Notes under the pieces: model-generated
Told to the model about the DNA's origin: nothing
The model's database searches: none
The model's input: the letters and a program-made list of their open reading frames with translations, nothing else
Shown: positions 61,052-64,000 of the stretch, piece after piece
How positions within the stretch are numbered: position 1 is the first letter of the stretch
Layout: each line of letters starts with the position of its first letter
From: Antedon mediterranea
Taxonomy: Eukaryota; Animalia; Echinodermata
Length of the DNA stretch: 64,000 bases
Direction: 5' to 3'
Assembly: GCF_964355755.1 (NCBI RefSeq)
Contig: NC_092677.1
Location: 5,912,101-5,976,100 of the forward strand
Program-made: the position numbers and the translations under genes

Positions 61052-63769
61052 CTATAAAAAATAAATAATAAACGTGATCGGACAAGATATATACACACAG
61101 ATAAGATTCACCATTTAGAAAATTGCAGGCAACAGTTTTGAAATCATCACTCTTAGGCGTTTCCAAATGAATGTGTCATGACAATTTATCAAGTTCGCTG
61201 CAATATCGCGTGATTTTCTCAAATAAAGCATGCTAGACTAAAAGAAATATCGCATACAAGTTAATGAATTGCGACCTTCGTGATCAAATTAATAACATTT
61301 TGATTTAATTTTGTATCCGTATATTTAATTGCCACGCATTCACGGATTGATTATCTTAACGTTAATGTCGATGAAACGTTAAGATAGCAGTAATTGCACT
61401 ACTCCGTTTTTTGTTGCATTTTTTGTATAACCATGGAGGTGTATAACTATATATCAGAAGGGAAACATTATAATAAATGTATTGTTTAGAAAACAAGATC
61501 TTAATTTATTTTTTGTTGTTGTGCTGGTTGTATTAAAATAACAAGTTCGAATTGCTTACTTGGTTTTTTTTCTCTATACACATATAAATGTTATATATAA
61601 AAACTATATTAATTACGGATACAAAGTTTAAAAACATAAGAAAAGAAGGATTACAATGACCAAATTAATAAATATGTGAAGATGGTTAGATTTACAACAA
61701 ATACAACATATCGTTGAATGAATAAATGAATAAAAGTGGTGGTTCAAGTCACAAAAGACGAATTGATTTCTCTACTTGTAAGGGCAGTGGTAACTAAACT
61801 TTAAATGAAATGTCTTCAAAAATTAACAATGCGTGCTCTTTTAGGAATGAAGCCTTCCTGTAAAATTTCAAGAAAAAATTGAAGATAGTCTGTCTATTAA
61901 TAGTTTTAAAATTAATTATAAAAAGCATTTCTTTCCACCAGTTTCTTTATTCACTGATTGTTGTATTTTTTTTGTCTTGGATTTTTTGAATTCTTGTGTT
62001 TTAAAGTTGTTTCATTGCAGGACCATATTGAAAAACAGAAATGTTGTGATCTTTTCTTTTCTGAATTATATTATCCTGCCTAAATATGTTTTAATAAATA
62101 ATAAATAAATAAATAAAGCATTTTAATATGTTCTACATTTAGGGTCTACGGTTTGATTATAGGTTCAATTGAGAAGCGGACATTTGTCTGTCACAACAAA
62201 AGTTTAGTATCATGATGTATACGATGTGCTTCTAATGGAAAACAGGCAAATTCGAGACATTTTTCGACGACTCTTGCTTGTTTATCTGAAGATGGACGGG
62301 AACCCCAAAAACCTGCTCTTATACTCAAATTTAATGCCGTCTCCTGTTAAACCATTTTACTTTTAATAATAAATAAAAGTTTAAAATAAATTCTATAATA
62401 ATAGAAAACAAAATGATAAGTTTAATGTTCTTGTTGACCAAAACGCCGATACATAGGCCTATTTTATTTCATTTTTTAATGAACTGCACTTTACTGCAAA
62501 CTTTACAATCATTTCAGCTACTTAAATTAGATCACATCGTTTAAATTCTCTGTTTATTCCTTATGATAAACTATATATCTAAAAAATCCACACAATCTTT
62601 TCTGATACAAAAATATTATATGACGAGTTTGCAAGTTAGTTTCTTACTGTTTATACTACTGGCCGGCTGTTAAAGTATGATATATTAACATCAATCTAGG
62701 TTTTCATGTAACTTAAATCATGTATTTTATGTTGTGGCAAAGAGAGTTAGAATAGAATCATGTTACGTATTAAATTCTAATTTGTAGGGTACCTGAGTGA
62801 ACTGAAATCCATATACGTAAATTATTCTTCTGTAACATGAGGCACCACCTAATATAGGCCTTTTTCTTCTTTGTTTTGTAGGTTGAGAATTATTATGTAC
62901 TTAACTTTCGCATTGATGATCGACACAAGAAAGACAGACCTACGCAGTTGCTTTTAATATAATGTTTATAATTATTAAGCCCGTGAATGTGTCTATTTCT
63001 CCTTGCAACAAAGAAAGTGGAATTTCTTTTCTTTATTCGTTTTACGTAGCTTGTTTCTGTCCATTATAAACATCAATACAATACATTACAGTTAAATAAT
63101 CATACTATGCAGACCTACTAAAAGATGCTAACTTTGGATTATTCAATGTGGAATGTAGGCCTATACATATGTGTGCAACTCGGCATAAATACTTAGAACG
63201 TTAGCGCAAGTTTATTAGGCCTATCTTTACTTGAGACGGTGTGTGTTGTTTTCTTCAAGATCTTATATTTTGAAAGAAAAGTTCGCATAAAATGATTATT
63301 TCGAGAATGTATAATATCTGCCAATTTTGTTTTCTTATGTTTTTCTTCAAACTGACTTACGTAATAGATGGCGCTGTTCATATTTAGGCCTACAACGATT
63401 GCCTATCTCTTGCTCTTTTTTCACGCTGCTGCTTTAGCCCGCTACGTCCCAGGAGGATGACTCATTAAGAAACCGAAAGTAAAGCAGCAGTTATATATCT
63501 AAGGTTGACAGTTTTGCTAAAATGTATACTCGACTGTAATTTATATGTACCACCAAAAAACGTCTGGGAAAGAGTATAACGGTTGAATGACAAATCCCAA
63601 AGCATTTGTGGTATTTATGAGTCCCATGATATTATATAATTCGCTGTCATATGATACTTCACACTTGAATGAAGTATCTAGGCATGATGAAGTGACCCCC
63701 AGACTTGACCTTAGCAATAAACTAAAGTGACTGATATGAAACACAGACTCTGTAACAAAAAAATAATAT

Positions 63770-63964
63770 TTTTTCACATATAAAAAAAGAAAAGAAACGT
63801 TTAATTATAACTCAAAAACCATTGTCTGACAGACAATTTAAGTATTTTTTGCATTAAATTACATTTTTTCAGGTAAAATAACTATTATGTGACAATAAAA
63901 TGATACATTCACACACAAATTTGAAATAAAAAATATTTTTCAGGGGAACAATAGGCCTATATCT
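63770..63964 (+). mobile_element. Kolobok-type MITE copy 3 (3' part) with GGCCTA inserted in the TIR
   Basis: taaattacattttttcaggtaaa..ataactattatgt..tttttcagggga matches copy 1; ends atct|ttaa. Confidence 0.7.
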
Positions 63965-64000
63965 TTAAAACTGTTACGTCAATAAGCGAGTTGCGTTTTT

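Noticed and set aside
62286-62320. CTGAAGA hammerhead-like start
   Set aside because: Lacks the GAAA box and closing stems.
63541-63777. 78-aa minus ORF as a possible gene 3 exon
   Set aside because: No recognisable domain, and the available donor gives a phase incompatible with the 61051 acceptor.

Overview
AT-rich (about 30% GC) intron-rich animal genomic DNA. The repeat families and the TAGGCCTA excess suggest a marine invertebrate deuterostome such as an echinoderm (inference). Manual splice reconstruction shows a cluster of cell-surface/secreted protein genes. (1) The 3' part of a + strand gene (exons 578-595, 1093-1221, 2171-2371, 2733-3061) encodes two Ig domains with no membrane anchor and uses a GC-AG intron. 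(2) A complete 13-exon, 44-kb minus-strand gene (ATG 55006 to TGA 10921, 596 aa) encodes signal peptide, Cys/Ser/Thr extension, 3 Ig, 1 FN3, a mucin-like stalk and a GPI-type tail, i.e. Klingon/Wrapper/IgLON-like architecture. (3) The last exon of a further minus-strand gene (61051-60942) ends in a GPI-type signal. Non-coding DNA holds Harbinger-, Kolobok- and MULE-type MITEs, DINE-1/Helentron-like elements, Deu-domain SINEs, a LINE RT fragment and mini/microsatellites. Most notable: a (TA)n island with a minimal hammerhead ribozyme and an A-B-A repeat carrying two tRNA-like genes with an ATC anticodon; four tandem 71-bp AATAAA+hairpin cassettes after the gene 2 stop; and about 29 TAGGCCTA octamers, one of which is visibly a GGCCTA insertion at a TA inside a MITE end. 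All coordinates and counts were obtained by eye and no searches were run.
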